Source: Chrysochromulina tobinii
Lineage: Eukaryota
Direction of reading: 5' to 3'
Assembly (NCBI GenBank): GCA_001275005.1
Contig: JWZX01003026.1
Location: forward strand, 1-43,905
Length of the DNA stretch: 43,905 bases
The notes beneath the pieces were generated by a model. That model had not been told where the DNA came from and made no database searches. It saw only the letters and a program-made list of their open reading frames with translations. The position numbers and the translations under genes were made by a program. Each line of letters opens with the position of its first letter. The first letter of the stretch is position 1. This document shows positions 41,141-43,905 of this stretch, one piece after another.

Positions 41141-42106
41141 TCACTGGGCGGCGGCGTCCAGCATGCGTTCGCGGGCAGCGTGCTTGGCGACGAACGGGTG
41201 CGTGAGCACCTGCTCGAGCGTCATTCGGTCCGCGGGCAACTTTTGGAGCAGTGCGGCGATGAGGTTCTTCGCCTCGTCCGAGACGTGTACGTCGTCGGGG
41301 TAGCGCGGCGTCATGTTGATGATGTTCCGGTGCGTCTCGTCCACCGAGTCGCTCGTCTCAAAGGGGGCGCGCCCCGTGAGGCACTCATAGCAGAGCACGC
41401 CGAGCGCCCAAACGTCGACGCGGTTGTCGTACACGCCGTCGCTGAGCATCTCGGGCGCCAGGTAGTCGAGTGTGCCGCAAAAGGTCTTGCGCTTGTGCTT
41501 GGCGATCGTCGACCAGCCAAAGTCGGCGATCTTCAGGTTATCCTCCGCGTCCAGTAGCAGGTTCTCGGGCTTGATGTCGCGGTGGATCACCTTGTTCTCG
41601 TGCACCACGCGCAGCGCGTCCGCAATCTGCGCAATCCATCGCGCCGTCTGGGCCTCCGAGAAGCGCTCCTCTGCTTGCAGCCGCTTGTACAGCTCACCGC
41701 CCGTGGCAAGCTCGAGCACCAGGTACACGCGCTTATCGTCGTGGAAGTAGCCGTACAGGCGCAGCACGCCTGGATGGCGCAGCCGCGACTGGATCTCCAC
41801 CTCATCCCTGAGCTGGTCGTAGATAGCGTGCCGGTCGACTTGCTTCTTGAAGATGACCTTGAGCGCGACAACCACCCCAGACTCTTTCTCGCGCGCGAGG
41901 TACACGTTGCCGTACTTGCCCTTGCCGAGAGCTCTACCCACCTCAAACGAATCCAGGGTCCACTCCTTTGGGCTTGCGGCGCCGCCGCCGGACGTGGGGG
42001 TTTTCGCGGCGATGCGCGACTTGCTCGCCGATGAGATGGTGGGCGTCTTCATAATGTTGGAGGCGGAAAAGGAGACTGTGCGTGGACTCTGCGGCACGGT
42101 CGCCAT
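41141..42106 (-). CDS. AURK: Aurora kinase
   Basis: WTLDSFEVGRALGKGKYGNVYLARE, QLRDEVEIQSRLRHP, LYGYFHDDKRVYL, HRDIKPENLL, IADFGWS, RKTFCGTLDYLAPEM. Confidence 0.95.
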   Translation of the reverse strand: MATVPQSPRTVSFSASNIMKTPTISSASKSRIAAKTPTSGGGAASPKEWTLDSFEVGRALGKGKYGNVYLAREKESGVVVALKVIFKKQVDRHAIYDQLRDEVEIQSRLRHPGVLRLYGYFHDDKRVYLVLELATGGELYKRLQAEERFSEAQTARWIAQIADALRVVHENKVIHRDIKPENLLLDAEDNLKIADFGWSTIAKHKRKTFCGTLDYLAPEMLSDGVYDNRVDVWALGVLCYECLTGRAPFETSDSVDETHRNIINMTPRYPDDVHVSDEAKNLIAALLQKLPADRMTLEQVLTHPFVAKHAARERMLDAAAQ

Positions 42107-42388
42107 GTTCAATGCAACTGCGCCCCTTGAGAGAGCACAGCGGGTTCAAAGGGACCGCGAGTTTCAGTTCACACAGTCTCATTTCGTCAAAACCCCACCA
42201 TCCTCACTGTGTGGGGTTGTAGTTCGCGGTGTGGGTTGTGTTGGGGTTTGCCGTGGAAGCTTATTTGGTACGCCGCGGCGCCTCGGGACCGCCGATTTCC
42301 TGGCATTTTCCTCTGGTTTTGCGTTGCGCCTGGTGGGCTGCAGGGCAAAGCACAAAGAAGGCTTCTTCTTGCTAGTCGCTCTTGCTTG

Positions 42389-43905
42389 ATGTCGACTGCT
42401 GCCCCCCCGAAGAAAAAGGGGTCCGACAGGCTGGCGAGCTTCTCGAACGCGTACGAGCTGAACAACTTTTCTTTGAACAATTCGTCCCGCGCTCGCACCG
42501 ACCCTACAACCAGCGATTCCAACCCCGGAGAAAAGGCGAACCCTGCCTCGACGCGGCTGCCGTCGGTGGGGTCTATGTCACCGGGGCGACGGTCTGACCC
42601 GTCGCCGCTCGCCTCCCCAAACAGGACCATGATGTTCCCTGGGACTGTTACCCAGCCAGTTACCACGGAGAAGAAGGGCGTAAAGCAGCACCGTAAGAAA
42701 GTGCGCTGTTTGATGATGGCCGTGGCGGTTGGGATTGTCGCCATCGTCGCTGTGGCGGTGGGGGTGGCCATTGGGCTCCTCTCGGCGAGCGAGCTTCTTG
42801 GTGAAATCTTCTCGACGACGTCTCCACCCCCACCGTACTCGCCGCCGCCGTTCCCCCCCCGCGCGTATGCCACGTACACGATGCTGACCATCGACGTGGG
42901 GTCCTCTTCGGTGCGGCCTTCCGTGGCTGCACTCTCCGCCTCCATCTCGAGCGCCCTCGGCCAGACGGCGCTCACCTCCTTTGTCGTCACGCAAAGCTCC
43001 GATGTCAACGTCACCGTGGACTCGACCGTCGTCACCGGCGCGGCGTTGGCGAGCGCGGCCTCGCAGCTCATGTGCGGCAGCGCGACGGGCTCCGACGCGT
43101 GCGGGGTGACGCTGGCCATGACCTCGGGCGGAGTCTCTGCGGGTAGAAGACTGCAGTCTCTCAATGGGCGGGCGCAGCTGCGGCTCAGACGCGTGCTGGC
43201 GCCCGATGCTGTCATTGGCGACCGACTCCTCCCCGGTGGACCAAGTGCGCTCGCTGCGGCCGCCCGTGTCGCCCCGTCCGCCATCGGCAACGTCGTCGAG
43301 GCAAAACCGGATGTCACAGTGGCCATCACCACGGCCACACCGGATGCCACTACCACCGGCGCCACCGCCGGCAGCACGAGTGCCCTCGCGACCGCAGTCA
43401 CCACCGCGGCTGCGACCACGCTTGGCGTGCCGCCCAGCGCCGTGGTCGCGTCGCCTCCCCGAGTCTTCTACCCGCCGGCACCGCCTCCCGGCGCGCCGCC
43501 CTCGCCCCCGCCGCCCTCGCCCTCGCCGCCGCCCTCGCCCTCGCCCTCGCCACCAGCTGCCGCCGCCGCCCTCGCCACCGCCGCACCCCTTTGCTAACAT
43601 CGCGGCGTGCACGGGTGTGGGCGCCTGCTGCATGGCTCTCTACCGCTACAACCCAGGGTCTCAATGCAACAATGTTCCTGTGTGGGACTTACGTTCCTGG
43701 TCACATCCCGGCGGCTCCTACATCACGGCCGCGCCGCTCTGCGGCACAGTGCGCCACAACTGGATTTCAAGGTCCAACAGCCACGCTAACTCCCAAAACC
43801 CGGAGGACGACAACTCCATGCTCAATGGAGGCGCCCCGCGCGTCGGATATTTCCGTGACCGCCTCTGCCCGCCGGAGCCGCCGCCGCCCCCCTCGCCGCT
43901 CCGAC
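42389..43905 (+). CDS. type II membrane Ser/Thr/Pro-rich (PPSP) surface protein; continues after a frameshift near 43553 into a Cys-rich cytochrome-b5-like domain; runs off the window
   Basis: TM helix LMMAVAVGIVAIVAVAVGVAIGLL after basic KKVR, a GRRLQ motif and SPPPP runs. The +1 frame from 43554 is open to the window end and contains VWDLRSWSHPGGSYI..LCG. Confidence 0.7.

Noticed and set aside
30937..42106. Apparent functional clusters (QSOX + PDI; STIL + Aurora kinase)
   Set aside because: The genes are interspersed with unrelated ones in mixed orientation, with no evidence of co-regulation.

Overview
GC-rich eukaryotic nuclear DNA with compact, mostly intron-poor genes and short GT-AG introns. 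It is probably an alga with a complex plastid, such as a haptophyte; this is inferred from a nucleus-encoded plastid L32 with a signal-plus-transit presequence. The window opens with the 3' part of a Ty1/copia LTR retrotransposon whose integrase core appears deleted. About 19 genes follow: NDUFAF7/MidA, GINS Sld5, a small orphan gene, a filamin-repeat protein, an IQ-motif protein, a disrupted GARP/SHAQKYF MYB, a secreted Hedgehog-type Hint protein, TrhO, a GH95-like glycosidase with an inserted LamG domain, an LRR protein, an atypical CMGC kinase, a small coiled-coil protein, QSOX, plastid L32, a STIL-like protein, a PDI-like protein, a cathepsin C-like protease, Aurora kinase and a Pro-rich membrane protein. 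The best lead is the orphan minus-strand gene at 7400..6990. It has one in-frame TGA (7073..7071), and about 70 nt after its TAA lies a form-II SECIS-like hairpin (AUGA, 12 nt, AAA, mini-stem, UGAG). This makes it a candidate selenoprotein (KKFIKP-U-RTG) that I cannot place in any family I know. A cytochrome-b5-like HPGG domain is also hidden behind a frameshift at the right end. All assignments are by eye; no searches were run.
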